A DNA stretch of 64,000 nt from Paraspadella gotoi (taxonomy: Eukaryota; Animalia; Chaetognatha). Made by a program: the position numbers and the translations under genes. Each line of letters begins with the position of its first letter. The stretch's first letter is position 1. This document shows, piece by piece, positions 42,060 through 56,033 of this stretch. The stretch spans positions 1-64,000 of the forward strand of contig CM119265.1 in the NCBI GenBank assembly GCA_051294375.1, written 5' to 3'. Under the pieces are notes generated by a model. It had not been told where the DNA came from. It made no database searches and saw only the letters and a list, made by a program, of their open reading frames with translations.

Positions 42060-45000
42060 AAAAGACGGCGGTTATTACACCGTTCGGGCTTTACGTGTTT
42101 CCCCGGTGCCCATTTGGGCTCAAGAATGCCGGGCAGGATTTCCAGAGGCTAATGGACGAGATCCTGGGCGAAATCCCACACACGTTTGTCTATCTGGACG
42201 ATATCCTCGTCGCCTCGTCGTCGCCAGAAGAACACTACCAGGNNNNNNNNNNAGTCTTCAAGGCGCTGGACGCCAACGGCCTGGTAGTGAACACGAAGAA
42301 ATGTCTACTAGGGAAATCGCTGGAGTTCCTTGGTTTCTTGGTAGATAAAAACGGCGTTCGACCCCTTCCTCAACGCGTCCAGACTCTCCAGGAAACGACA
42401 CGCCCAACGACCATCAAGGAACTCCAGCGGTTCCTAGGCATGGTCAACTACTATAGGCGCTTCATCCCGAGAGTTGCCCATAGATGTGCGCCACTCTACG
42501 ACGCGCTCAGCGGCAAACCGAAGACGTTAAACTGGACGAGCGACTGTGATCGAGCTTTCGAAGCAATTAAAGAAGGCCTAGTCCAAGCGGCGTTGCTTCA
42601 TCACCCCAGAACCGGAGCTCAGTTGTGCGTGACCACCGATGCGTCAGATCAAGCCGTCGGCGCCGTCCTTGAGCAGCGCGGCCNNNNNNNNNNNNNNNNN
42701 NNNNNNNNCAGGTCGGCTCAACCCTCCACGTCGTCTCAAAACCGGCATGGGGAGGTGGCTTCTGTTTGCGGAGACTACCAGCGCGCCCTTGAACTCCCAC
42801 AAACACCATCGACGACAAGTACTCCGGTTAAACTTCATTAACAGACTTTAACTCACAACTCGACGGCGAATCGACGATTTATGTCGACAAATCGATCTTC
42901 TGAAAGTTATCATCAAAGATACCTATAAAATCCTGATGAACGTGAAAAAAGACGGCGGTTATTACACCGTTCGGGCTATTAGTGTTTCCCGGTGCCCATT
43001 TGGCTCAAGAATGCCGGCAGGATCCAGAGGCTAATGGACGAGATCCTGGGCGAAATCCCACACACGTTTGTCTATCTGGACGATATCCTCGTCGCCTCGT
43101 CGTCGCCAGAAGAACACTACCAGGACTTGGAGCACGAGTCCTTCAAGGCGCTGCGACGCCAACGGCCTGGTAGTGAACACGAAGAAAATGTTCTACTAGG
43201 GAAATCGCTGGAGTTCCTTGTTTCTTGGTAGAAAAAAACGGCTTCGACCCCTTCCTCAACGCGTCCAGACTCTCCAGAAACGACACGCCCAACGACCATC
43301 AAGGAACTCCAGCGCGTTCCTAGGCATGGTCAACTACTATAGGCGCTTCATCCCGAGAGTTGCCCATAGATGTGCGGCCACTCTACGACGCGCTCAGCGG
43401 CAAACCGAAGACGTTAAACTGACGAGCGACTGTGATCGAGCTTTCGAAGCAATTAAAGAAGGCCTAGTCCAAGCGGCGTTGCTCATCACCCAGAACCGAG
43501 CTCAGTTGTGCGTGACCACCGATGCGTCAGATCAAGCCGTCGGCGCCGTCCTTGAGCAGCGCGGCCCGAAAGGCTGGAGCCGCTCGCTTTTTTTCAACAC
43601 CAACAAAATTGGCAAAAAATCAGCGATTGTGGCCACCATTCGATAAAGAGCTTTTCGGCGCTTTCAAGGCCGTCAGGCACTTCCGGCACTGGATAGAAGG
43701 CCGCTCGTTCACATTGTATACAGATCACCAGAGTCTAGTGGCTGCAATAAAGAAGAAATCTGAGCCACAAACCATGCGCCAATCCTATCAGTTGTCAGTC
43801 ATTTCAGAATTCACAACTGATGTGAGATATCTGCAAGGCAAGGCGAACGTGGTCGCCGNNNNNNNNNNGCGGCCCAACGCCCTCCCCACAACGTCGACAA
43901 CGCCAGACTCAGCGCCAACGCCAAGCGAAAAAGTCGACATCGCCATGGTAACGCCATCGACAACGCCTTCGACGTCAAACGAAAACATGCCTGCGTCATC
44001 AAGCTCGACAGCGCCAGCAATAAACGATTCTACGCCTAAAGCGTCAACATCCTCAAGCGGATACGAAATTGAGGAGAGAGGAATTAAAAAGAATCGGCTG
44101 GAAGACGCTCAAGTATTGATCGCCTCGTTAACCGAATTCGAAATAAACTTTGAGCAAATGGCGCAGGAGCAGGTCCTCGACCCCGATTATCAGAAGATCG
44201 CGGCCGACGCGAGATCTGGATTGACATTTCGAAAAATTAAGGTCGGCGAGCATGATCTCCTCGTCGACATCTCCAACGGCCCGGCGCGCCCCTTCGTCCC
44301 GGCGTCATGGCGCCGGCGAGTCTTCAACGTAATTCATGGGCTCGGCCACCCAGGCGTCGAGGCCACGCGCAAGGCAGTGGCGGCCAAATTCGTCTGGACG
44401 TCGATGCGTCAGGATGTAACAAAGTGGTCACGTGACTGCTTAGACTGTCAACGCGCCAAAATTACTCGACACGTCGTTCCCGAGATCGGCGAGTTCAAAG
44501 TGCCGCCACAGAGATTTCAACACCTCAACGTGGACTTAGTGAAAATGCCAGCGTCAAATGGATTCTCTCATTTACTCACAATAGTAGATAGATTCTCGAG
44601 ATGGCCGTCAGCCATCCCAATAAAGGATACGCTCACTTCTACTATTATCGACGCTTTCAGTCACGAATGGATTAGTGTGTTCGGTACTCCAACAATAATT
44701 ACTACCGACAGAGGAACACAGTTCAATTCTGCTCTATGGCGTCAACTCACCAGAACATGGGGAATAAAGCACCAGATGACGACCTCATATCATCCCCAGG
44801 CCAATGGCCTGGTGGAAAGATTCCACAGGCGATTGAAGGAGTCACTAATCGCCCTCGCTCGAGAAAACAAGGAGAAATGGTTTTGGAAGCTTCCTATGAC
44901 AATGTTAGCCATTCGAACAACCATAAAGGAAGATATTGGCGCCTCTGCCGCCGATATGGTCTTCGGCGAAGGCATCAGAGTCCCCGGTGGGATCCTCGAC

Positions 45001-46881
45001 GACCCACAAAACGACGACGCCGCCTTACAGCGCCAGCGAAAAAACCAGTTAGCCAAACTTCGCGTCGAAGTAGCGAGGCTTCAACCGATTCCAACATCTG
45101 CCCATCAACAACCTTCGATCCACATCCCGAGCAACCTCCAGACGGCTCAATACGTCTTCGTGAAACGGGCGGGCGTCAATCCTCCTCTAGTTCCACCTTA
45201 TGAGGGGCCTTACAAGGTAATCAATCGAAATGGATTGAATATTACTATTGACATTCCCAGCACAGGACGCGAGACCGTCAACATCGCACGAGTAAAACCG
45301 GCGTGGGTCAGCGACGAGGCGCTGGAGGTGGACCAGGACCACCCACAGCGCCGCCCAGCAGGTCGACGACCAGGTCCAAGAACGAGAACGCCAGCACCAA
45401 CGTCACGAGTCACGCGATCGAATATTCAACGAGCTGCATCGCCAGATCCGGTTTCTACTCCTCCTCCTCCTCCNNNNNNNNNNCCTCCTCCTTTCCCCAC
45501 CTCCTCCCCGACCTCACCCAATCTACCTCACCTTCCCCCCGACCCACAACCAACACCTTTACGTTTTTTCTCAACGCCTTCCCATTCTCCCGAGCNNNNN
45601 NNNNNGACGAGTCCAGCGTCAAAGAAACAAAAGGCGGAGAACAACAACAACAACGGAGAAAAAAGAGAAAATGAGCCAAATATCGAACGTTTCTCTAGAC
45701 CAACCTCCAGCGACTTCTCAAGAAGATGTCCAGGCAATCCAAAGCCTACTTACTCCGTTGTGTTGAAAGAAATGTTGAGAAGACAAAATATTCACAACAA
45801 CAACAACGAAAAAAGCAAAAACCCCCCTGCGACCTAACTGACAATCGGAGCGTCTTCTCCCAGGCGTCCACGGTCTTCCTCCCGTTAGCTCCGATTGCCA
45901 GTACTATAAATTGTACAGAATTTTACAAATTTTATCATTATTTTAGAGATTTGTCGATTTTGATGATTGTTATGGAATTTTTGTATTGTTATGGAAAGGC
46001 GAAGTGGCGATGAAATATTTTACATGTTTACACCGGTCATTTAGACCAACTTTTATATTCGTTGTATATAAATCTATATATTTTTGAATAATTATTATCA
46101 ACACTCAATTCAAACATTCAGATGGACGACAACTAATTTTGTTTTCAATATGTAATTACCCATATTTACAACAGGGGGGCATGCGGCCACCTGAGACGAT
46201 TAATTTCGATTAAGAAATAATGATAATCATTCCAAAGCAGGATTCGAACCGACGAACTCAGGCCTGGGACGCTGGGACTAAAGCCAGTCAGCCAACCAGG
46301 GGGCCTTGAGTCTGAGATGATTTAATCTATTGAAATAGCTTTAACATCGATTCGAAATCTTTTGTTTTCATTTTGAATCACTAGTTTAATCACCAATCAC
46401 TAGAGGGCTTACCGCCAATTCAAAATGATTTATTCAACTGACTGTTTTTCTTTAAGAATTGATTTGTTTCTGTTTTTCACTCTGGTTTTGAACTCAAAAT
46501 AAAAACGTCGATCTTTCACATTAAAAATACTTGTTTTTATTCTTCTCTTAATGTAATAAGTCTACATTTGCCAAAGAGAAAACGTTTGATGTTAAAACTC
46601 AATCAATTGATCTCGATTTATTTATAATGAATTAATCTTCAAATATAATTAATTCAACTTTGATTTAAACTCATCGATTCGATTCAATCTCATCTCAAAT
46701 GATTTAATCTCGTTAAATAAATAACAAATCGAAAACAATCAACTTCGAATAACTGTGACTCGTTTTCCCTGCCCGGTAACCACATCTGTACTGAAGTAGA
46801 TGTCCTCACGCGGTTAGTCACTTGTCACGTCCTTGTCACGCTCTGTGTCACGCTGTGGCGAGACCCCGATGTCGTGCCACA
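42060..46881 (+). mobile_element. 3' half of lineage A family A3 (RT-RH-IN, 3' LTR 46182-46881); the RT segment is assembled twice around a 25-N gap
   Basis: RT fragments 42060-42683 and 42710-43600; PPT; junction GCCACA|GGGTTAGGG. Confidence 0.92.
43522..45837 (+). CDS. pol: Pol C-terminal part (RNase H-integrase) of A3
   Basis: RH, HHCC, DDE, GPY, ERFSRP..PTYSVVLKEML. Confidence 0.9.
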   Translation: MRQIKPSAPSLSSAARKAGAARFFSTPTKLAKNQRLWPPFDKELFGAFKAVRHFRHWIEGRSFTLYTDHQSLVAAIKKKSEPQTMRQSYQLSVISEFTTDVRYLQGKANVVAXXXXRPNALPTTSTTPDSAPTPSEKVDIAMVTPSTTPSTSNENMPASSSSTAPAINDSTPKASTSSSGYEIEERGIKKNRLEDAQVLIASLTEFEINFEQMAQEQVLDPDYQKIAADARSGLTFRKIKVGEHDLLVDISNGPARPFVPASWRRRVFNVIHGLGHPGVEATRKAVAAKFVWTSMRQDVTKWSRDCLDCQRAKITRHVVPEIGEFKVPPQRFQHLNVDLVKMPASNGFSHLLTIVDRFSRWPSAIPIKDTLTSTIIDAFSHEWISVFGTPTIITTDRGTQFNSALWRQLTRTWGIKHQMTTSYHPQANGLVERFHRRLKESLIALARENKEKWFWKLPMTMLAIRTTIKEDIGASAADMVFGEGIRVPGGILDDPQNDDAALQRQRKNQLAKLRVEVARLQPIPTSAHQQPSIHIPSNLQTAQYVFVKRAGVNPPLVPPYEGPYKVINRNGLNITIDIPSTGRETVNIARVKPAWVSDEALEVDQDHPQRRPAGRRPGPRTRTPAPTSRVTRSNIQRAASPDPVSTPPPPXXXXPPPFPTSSPTSPNLPHLPPDPQPTPLRFFSTPSHSPEXXXXTSPASKKQKAENNNNNGEKRENEPNIERFSRPTSSDFSRRCPGNPKPTYSVVLKEMLRRQNIHNNNNEKSKNPPAT

Positions 46882-46908
46882 GGGTTAGGGTTAGGGTTAG
46901 GGTTAGGG

Positions 46909-46941
<33 letters not shown>

Positions 46942-47049
46942 GGGGTTAGGGTTAGGGTTTAGGGCTGTTAGGTTAGGGTTAGGGTTAGGGTAGTTAGAGG
47001 TTAGGGTTAGGGTTAGGGTTAGGGTTAGGGTTAGGGTTAGGGTTAGGGT
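46882..47049 (+). repeat. (TTAGGG)n tract
   Basis: direct read. Confidence 0.97.
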
Positions 47050-50000
47050 TGCGGCCACCTGAAATAATTAATCCGATGAAGAATTAATTAACCCTGAAAC
47101 AGGATTCCGATCCGCCGATCTCAGGCCTGGGACGTCTAGAGTCAGAGCTCTGAACCAACCAGGAGGCATGAATCGTCGATCCCTTAACTCAGATCTTATA
47201 GCTTTAAAACGACCTCGAAATCTTTTGTTTTCCAAAAACAAACCGTTTTGTTTTAATCAGAAAACGCTAGAGGGTTTTTACCGCGATCAAACAGATTGTT
47301 TCAGTTGACTGTTTTCTTTATCGATTGTTTTCTCTGAGTAAATCAGTCTGGTTATCTTGCTCAAAAATAAATGTTCATTCTAACATTAAAACAAACGTTT
47401 TTACTTACTCTCTCAATGTAGCCAAGTACATTAAATAAAGAGAAAAAACTTTTAATGTTTTCAACTTCATCAAACGATTTTTATTTCTTCACAAAATTGA
47501 TTTACTCATCAACGAATTAATCTAATCTCATTCGAATTAAGATAATCTCACTGGAATTAATTTAATCTCATTCGAATCAATTAAAACTCGAAATGTAAAC
47601 AATCTTTTTGTGAAACAAAAAAATTCGAAGTCACGTGACTTGCTTCCCTGCCGCCAGTCTCTTCTGATGAATTTCCGTTGACGGCTTGAGCCCAACGGCG
47701 TCACTCCCGCCCCGTTGCCACGTTCACGAGTCACGCTGGTGGCGTAAAACAACAAACGCCGCCGTTGCCACACATGGTGAAAACCGAACGTTGAATAAGA
47801 CCAACCTTCACACAGGGGATCAGGCCAACTAGATTCCCCCGGGTAAGATTGGGAGTGAATATTGGAATTAAGCTTATTCCCAATCCGCTCACGCTTTGTA
47901 TATCTTTTGTTTGGAATCGCTTACTCCGGGAACGACTTCATCGACGGCGACATCGCGCTGGTAACGAGCTGACGCCGCCGACAACGCCATCTCAAGGTCA
48001 ATGAGCGAATCCGACTTCCGTTCCACGCCTCCGCTCAGCGCAGCGAAACACAGAGACCAACGCGAGACTACATCGAACCTCAGATCCCGCTAGGCTTTGG
48101 AAGGGAAGACGATCGAATTCAGCTCTCCAAACTTTTCTGACGCAGCGGCATCTTCGACTTTCAACGAATCAACGACGAGCGATTCGAGGACGCTGACATG
48201 GCTACAGGAGACACCCAACTCGAGTTCTACAGGACGAAAAACACAGAACTACGCCGCAGCTCTAGCGCCGCCACTCGCGCCCTCAGAACGAGAGCAAACC
48301 GTAAGCCCGATCTTCCCGATTTTGATCCAACTAACATCGAAATATGGATCAAAGAATTGAGGCGGCGTATACCCGAGCGGGCATCACCGCCGCCAAAACA
48401 AAATTGCCCACTTGGAATCGAAGATTGGAGTCAAAATCATCCCAAAGATCAATCAATTCCTCTATGGCGACGCGTCAGAGGCAGAATGGATAAAACTTCA
48501 TAGCCTATCTACGAAAAGAGTATGGTTTGACTCGCCGCCAGCAGGCGGCCAATTACTGGACGCCATCGATACCGACGGCTCAAGCCATCGAAAGCACTCG
48601 CCTCAACTAGAGAAAAAACGAGAAATCTCACTCTCGATGATGTACGCAAGGAAAAAATCCTTGCGCGAACTTCCGGTTGAAATACGGTCGTCACTGGAAG
48701 ACAAAGCGGATGAGATGTCGGCCAGTCAGTTGTGTGAGATGCGATCGCCATTTCGATAATGAAGGCAACCTGCGGATTCACAATCATCAGCAGTCATCAG
48801 CAACACGAGAGGCATCATAGAGATCGAGACGAATCTGATCTGACGACGCGACGCCGTCAATGCCATCGGCGCCTCCTCCAAACGCAGTTTCAAACGAAAA
48901 AGAGCCAAGCAATGGAAAAAGAGAGAAAAAACCGCGCTCCAAACTCCACACCCTCTGTCACAAGCATGTGAATTCGAAATGACGCCTGGTCATGCGAGCC
49001 AGGATGTTCGAAGTACGACGAGAGCATGAAGAAAAAGGAGGGAAACGCCAGGGGGGGACGACGTCGTGAACGCCGTCCCCAATGCGTCAACTCACTCACC
49101 GTCGCTCTAGCAACCTTCTCTTCATCCGAGACGCCCGGAGACAAGACGAAGTGGGCTGGTCGACAGGCGGCGCCGTTACTCTCAATTGTCCCGCCCGACT
49201 CAGAAACAACGCCAGGACGGCCCAGATCAAAAGATCAAGTTCAGGCCGCCAACGGGTCGCCAATAGAATGCATATGCACCTTCAATAGAGTCGGCAACTG
49301 GGCAACAGAAATCGTATGAGTCGTCGTCGCAACGTCAGACAACATATCTTAGTTGCGGATTTGGCCGAAAATTTCTTGGCACCTAATCATCGAGATGGCC
49401 TCTTAATGGATCTACGCGACTATTTCGGACCTATCCGCGGCGTCAACGGCTACAGAAACAGCGCCGCAAGTGAATTTTGTCGATCGAAGCGGCGAAAATT
49501 CTATAAATTGCTGGATTCGTTTCCGTCTTATCTACACCGACATTCGAAAGTAAAGGAGCCCAAACACGGGTCCACCCACTGATCCAACGAAGGCGACCTG
49601 TCAATCGAGAGCTCGACGCTTAGATCCGGAAAAATTGGCCGTCGCTAAACGTGAGCTTGAAAAGATGGTTTCTCTCGGCGTGGCCAAACGTGGAAAGTCA
49701 GAGTGGTCGTTCACACTCCACGTCGTCTTCGAAACCTGACGGGGGTTGGGCTGCTGTGGGGGATTACAGGCGCCTAAAATGCCCAATACAGTGGACGACA
49801 AATACCCCGTCAAGCTCCTCACAGACTTTAACTCACAATTGAGGGGAAAACGATCTTTTCGAAGATAGACCTTCTTAAAGGCTATCATCAAATACCCGTT
49901 AACCCAGAAGATGTGAAGAAAACGGCTGTGATAACGCCATTCGCTTATACGTGTTCCCTCGTTGTCCATTCGGATTAAAAAATGCTGGACAAGACTTTCA

Positions 50001-53000
50001 GCGACTATGGGACGAGATCCTCGGAGAGATCCCACATACGTTCGTCTACCTCGACGACATTCTCGTGGCCTCATCATCGCCTGAGGAACATTATCACGAC
50101 CTCGAACGCGTATTCAAGGCGCTGGACGCTACGGTTGGTAGTCAATAACCAAAAAATGTCTACTAGGACAAGAGTCACTTGAGTTTTTCTGGCTTCCTCG
50201 TAGACAAAAACGGCGTCAGACACTTCCCAACGTGTACAAACGCTTCAAGAGACGACGCGCCCCACGACCATCAAAGAACTGCAAAGGTTCTTAGTATGCG
50301 TTAACTACTACCGCGGTTTATTCCGCGGGTTAGCCCACAGGTGCGCGCCGCTCTACGACCCCTCAGTGGAAAAACTAAGGGACTCTCACTGGGACGAGGA
50401 CTTGCGACCGCGCTTCGAGCGATTAAAGAGCGGCCTCATCCAAGCAGCTTACTCCATCACCAAGGACTGGCTGCCCAACTCTGTATCCACAACTGACGCA
50501 TCAGATCTAGCAGTTGGCGCCGTACTCGAGCAGCGCGGGCCCTAAGGGTGGGCAGCCGCTGGGCTTTTTTCTACCAAGCTAGCGAAAAAATCCAGAAGGC
50601 TGTGCCCCCATTTCGATAAGGAGCTGTTTGGCGCCTTTAAAGCGGATTTCGACACTTCAGGCACTGGATTGAGGGGCGCTCATTGCACGCTAATATCTGA
50701 TCACCAGAGTTTTGTGTCAGCCATCAAGAAAAAAGCTTGAGCCACAAACTAATCGTCAGTCGTATCAACTCTCGGTGATAGCAGAGTTTACCACAGATGT
50801 GAGATATTTAAAAAGGCAAAGCCACGTTCCGTCGCCGACGCGTTTATCACGACCCAACGCGGCCCCCGACGACCTCGCCAACAAAACCCTCAGCCAAGCT
50901 CCGTCATCAAACTCGCCAACTAGTTTCATCGAACAAACTCGTCAAACAACGCGTTCAACAAGCCCCGTCGACAAACGCAGCGAAAACGCGTCGACCCAAA
51001 AACTCATGACAAACCCGGTCGACAACGCATTCGACAAACGCCGTCGACGAACTTCATCGATCAACTCAACGACCAATTCTCACAAGCAGACGCGGCGACA
51101 AGGATCCCGACAAGCCAACGCCACCTCCTCAACTCACCCTCAGCGGAGATCATACAAAAAGATCAATTCTCCGTCAGTCAAAACAAATCGATTAAAGCAG
51201 ATCGATTGGAAGACCGACAAGGCAATGATTGCTTCATTAACTAGCTTCGAACATAAAACTTTTGAGCCAGATGGCAAGAGAACAAAATTCTTGATCCATG
51301 ACTATCAAACATCGCTGAGGACGCCAGATCCGGACTAGCGTTTCGGGAAAAATCAGCGGGGAGAAGTCAGAATCTACTCGTGATATCTCACGGCCCGGCT
51401 GCGCCCATTCGTTTCCGCGTCATGGGCGCCGGAAAACTTCGAGTTATTCACGGGCTTGTCATCCAGCGTGGACGCCACTCGAAAGGCAGTAGCCGCCAAA
51501 TTCGTTTCTGGAAACTCCATGAGGCAAGATGTACTCGCTGGGCGAGGGATTGTCTACAATGTCAAAGAGCAAAGGTATAACTCGACATGTCATTCCACCA
51601 ATTGGCGAGGTTTAAGGTGCCACCTAGAAGGTTCAGGCATATTAACTTGGATTATAGTCAAAAAAATGACCCAATTCGAACGGCTTTTCCCATCTATTTA
51701 ACGATAGGTCGACAGGTTCTCGGAGATGGCCCGACCGCCCATCAACGATCAAGGAATACGCTCACCTCGACGATCTTGGATGCTTCTAAGCCATGAATGG
51801 ATCTTGCCACCTTCGGCACCACCAGCGATCATCACCACGATAGAGGCGACGCAATTCAACTTCGCGTTTGTGGCTTCAATTGATCAAACATTGGGGGATT
51901 CGGCATCAGATGACAACGGCGTACCATCCCAGGGCAAACGGCCTGCGTGGAAAGGTTCCAACAGGCGCTCTGAAGGAGTCCACTCATAGCCCTAGCGCCG
52001 AGAAAATCGACAAAATTTGATTCTGGAAATTACCCATGACGATGCTCGCTATCCGCACAAGATCAAGAGGATATTCGCGCGCCTCGCCGCGGGCCGACTT
52101 TGGTTTTCGGAGAAGGCATCTCCGTGCCCGGATGCATCCTCGACACCACAAGAGCGACGACGCCACCTGAACAGCGCCAACGCCAAGCACAACTCGCCAA
52201 ATTACGCGTCGACCGTAGCTGGCCGAGGCTACAGCCAACCGGCCAACTTCCGCCTCATCAGCAGCCAACGGTGCATCTCCCCAGCAACCTAACCAGGACG
52301 CTCAATTCGTATTCGTCAGCGAGCAGGCGTCAATCCCACCCTCTTGGTCCACTTACGAAGAGACTTATAGGTAATAAATCGAAATGAATTAAACTTTACA
52401 ATCGAGATCCCAGCATCGGTGCGCGAGACGATCAATTAGCGCAAGATTAAACCGGCGTGGGTCAGCGACGAGACGCTGGATGGACCAGGACATCCACAAC
52501 GCCGACCAGCAGGTTCGCCCACCAGTCTACGAACGACAACGCGGCCGCGACAGTCTAGAAAAACGCGATCGAGCAACAAAAGAGCAGCCTCGCCCGATTT
52601 CTACTCCTCCTCCTCCTTCTCCTCCTCCTCCTCCTCCTCCTCCTCCTTTCTCCGACGACTTCCCCGACCTCACCCAATCAACCCCACAGTCTCCCCGACC
52701 ACACACATCGCCACCTTTACGTTTTTTGTCGCCAGCTTCATATTCTCCCGAGCCTCCACGTGACGACGAGTTCGACATCGAAAGAATAAGAAGGCGAGGA
52801 GAATACAACAACAACAAGGCGAAAAAAGATAATGAGCCAATAACTGAACGTTTTTCTGAAGCCGACGAGTAAGCGATTTCTCAGCGAGATGCTCCTCGAC
52901 CACCTACTCAGTTGTTTTGAAGGAGATGCTTAGGGCGACAGGAAATACAAAACAACAACAACAACAACCAAAAAGACAAAACCCCCCTGTCAGCTAACTT

Positions 53001-53269
53001 GACAATCGGAGCATCTTCTCTACCCACGCATTCCTCGGGTCTTCCTCCCGCCGGCTCCGATTGCAGTAATACAATGTACAGTAATTTTACATTTTTAATT
53101 TCAACCTTTAATTTAGTATTTCGTTGTTATGGAACCTTATTGGAATGTTATGGAATTTTTTGTAATGGAATTTTTGCAAGGAGAAATATTTTTTACACGT
53201 TTTTAAAATCGGTCATTTAGACCATTTCGTTGTATATAATTTTATATAATGTTTAATAATTTTATATTT
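47050..53269 (+). mobile_element. A2-family copy in raw long-read quality (5' LTR to 3' UTR); ORFs fragmented by indels
   Basis: colinear with 28975-35100; left junction TTAGGGT|TGCGGCC; ends in ATCTCTCTCT plus a 25-N gap. Confidence 0.9.
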
Positions 53270-53304
53270 ATCTCTCTCTNNNNNNNNNNNNNNNNNNNNN
53301 NNNN

Positions 53305-56033
53305 ACACCTTAAAGGTCTTCGAATCCATTCATGTACTCGGCCATCAGCGTCGAGGCCTTACGCGCAAGGCCATTACTTCTAAATTCGTCCTGGAAAACA
53401 TTGCAAACAAGATATTTCCCAGATGGGGCTTACGAGACTACCCCTTCGACTGCCAAAGAGCCTACAGATCTAACGAGACCATACAATTCCTTGAAAATAG
53501 GCGAATTAAACAATACCCGCCTAAAATATTCAGCACATCAACCCTCGAACTTAGTTAAAATTGCCAAATTCAATGATTTACTCACCTGACTGACGATAGT
53601 AGATCGCATTTTCCAGATGCCGCCACAGCGGCCATCCCCATCTTTGCTAATACCGCTAACGTCGTACAATTCTAGACGCACCCCCATTAAGCCTAGGAGC
53701 TGGATAAGCGCTATTTTAGGAACACCGTCCATATTATTACAACCGATCCAGAGGCAACGCAGTGTTTAACTCAGCGTCTGTGGGCGGACACATTACTAAA
53801 AACACATGCGGGAATCAACACCAGACCACCACACGCTTCTCGACTACTGCGACCACCCTTCAAGCCCGAACGGCCTAGTTGAGCGCCCTCAAGGCCGCCC
53901 TTAAAAGAAAATCGCTTAATGGCCCTCGCCCCTAAGCGAGAACAGGCAAAAAATGGTTTCTGCGAAACTTACCCAAATGACTTGTTAGGCCATCAGCAAC
54001 AACCGAATAAAAGAGGATATCGGCGCCCTCAGCCGCGATATGGTTTTCGCGCTGAAGGAATAAGTCGTGCCCCGGATGCATAGTACGATAACACACAACG
54101 TCGACGCATGAAGCCCCCACTACAGCGCCGACGTCGAACTCAATTGGCGCAATCTCAAGAGTAGAAATCGCCTCTCCTTCAACCAACTCCGACATCCGCT
54201 CACTCATCAGCCCCTAATGTTCACCTACCGAGTAATTCCTCGAAACTGCACAACTACGTCCGCTCAGCAAGAGCTGGAGTTCATCCTCCCTTAGTTCCCT
54301 CCATACGAACGGCCGCCCTACCGGGTTATTTAAATTCGCACACGATTAACAACCTTTACCATACTGCAAATCCCAAGCAAAGGACGAGCAATTACGTCAA
54401 CGTTCGCCCGCGTCCAAACCGGCACTTTGGACGGTGGACGAGCGACGCAAGGCGTTGGAGGCGAAACTCCGCGACACCCTCAGCGACGTCAACCAGGCCG
54501 CCAGCCTGGCCTTGACAACAAGAGGAAGCGCACAACATCAACTCGAGTCACTCGATCCAACGATCCAACGCCCCCGCTTTCACCGCGAACCATCACTCCT
54601 CCTCCCTCCTCACCTTCCTCCTCCTCCTCCTCCTCCCTCCTCCTCTTCCCCTCCCAGCTGCCCCACCTTCCCCCCCAACACAGCCATGCCCTTCTCAACG
54701 CTTTTTGCTCCCATGCTTCCCCTTCCTCCCAGGCTTCCACGTGCAAGACGAGTCCACCGCAGACGCAAGCGGCAAGCGCCCGAGGATAACAACAACAACA
54801 AGGCGGAAAAATAAAGAAAATGCAGCCAACGACCGGAGAGTATTTCTAAACCATCACCAGGCGCACTTCTCAAGCAAGCGTTACCAGGCGAAACCGCTCC
54901 GTCCAACATATGCCGCTCGTAACTCTAGGGCACGATGCTTCCTCAGAACAAAAAACACAAAACAACAACAACAACAAATCGCATAAAAAATGACAAAATT
55001 CCCTCTACCGGCCCTAATTGGCCACCGAAGCATCTTCTTCCCGGCATCCTCGGTCTTTTCTTCCCGTCGGCCGTCGGCTGCCCCAATGTACTTCTTTACC
55101 CAAAAGCACGTTTAGTAATATTTTAATGAATTTTAGCTAATTTTTTCGATTTTTTAACGAATTTTAGTAATTTTCGACTTTTTCATGAATTGTTGATGGA
55201 TATTTTTCGATTGTTATTGCGAGGTGAAGGAAATTTGGAAATATTTCTTCAACATATTTAAACCGCCGTCCTCTTACTAGACCAAATTTTTGTAATATTA
55301 TTAGTATATATTGATTTTAATTCTTCATTCATACTTTCAAAACCACTCAGAATGCGACGACAACAATTTTTGTCAGCCTAATATGCCTAATTACCTGTAT
55401 ATTACGACTAGCGGGCGGATGCGCACCGTGAGTGAGATAGATTCTAAATCAGAAATAACTCAATCCAACCGGGATTATCGAACCATCGACTCAGGTCTGC
55501 GGCGCAGCCGCGAGCCTCAGCCTTTTTCAAGCCCACACCAGGCGGCTTGCCAAATCCCAGTTTCTTCAATTTCGACTTTTAAGCTTAAAAACATAATCGA
55601 CCTTGTTCCTGATTTCTTAAAAAACAGTAGGGTACCGCCAACAAAACAATGCTTTTCTAACTGCTGTTTTCTTTATGAAATTCAAATCTGATAAATCAGT
55701 CTTGTCTTCAACTTTTGAATAAAATTAAATCATGTCACAAACTTTCATCAAATCGTCTTCTTCTCACAAAATTGGTCTTTTAATTGAAAGCCTTACATGA
55801 TAATATGCGAAATGTTTTTATCTTCGATTAAAATGCTAACTTAAAAAATATAACGTCAATCAATTTAATCTCTACTCATCGATAAAAACAAATAAACAAA
55901 CGACTCGAAAAACGACTGTTTTCACTTCCCGCCGCACGCACCCGTAAATCAAACTCGCTGCCCGCTACCTTAGAATCACCCACTCATGGCGCGCCACTCG
56001 TAGCGCTGATCAACGCACTCGGATCCCGCCACA
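53305..56033 (+). mobile_element. 3' part (integrase, 3' UTR, LTR ~55420-56033) of another lineage A family (A4), very error-rich
   Basis: recognisable HPQRRQPGRQPGL, 3' UTR motifs, LTR end CCCGCCACA followed by telomere repeats. Confidence 0.8.

Noticed and set aside
47050-56033. Ancient pseudogenised elements
   Set aside because: Differences are indel-dominated and end at adapter-like sequence or gaps, which fits raw long-read error better than decay
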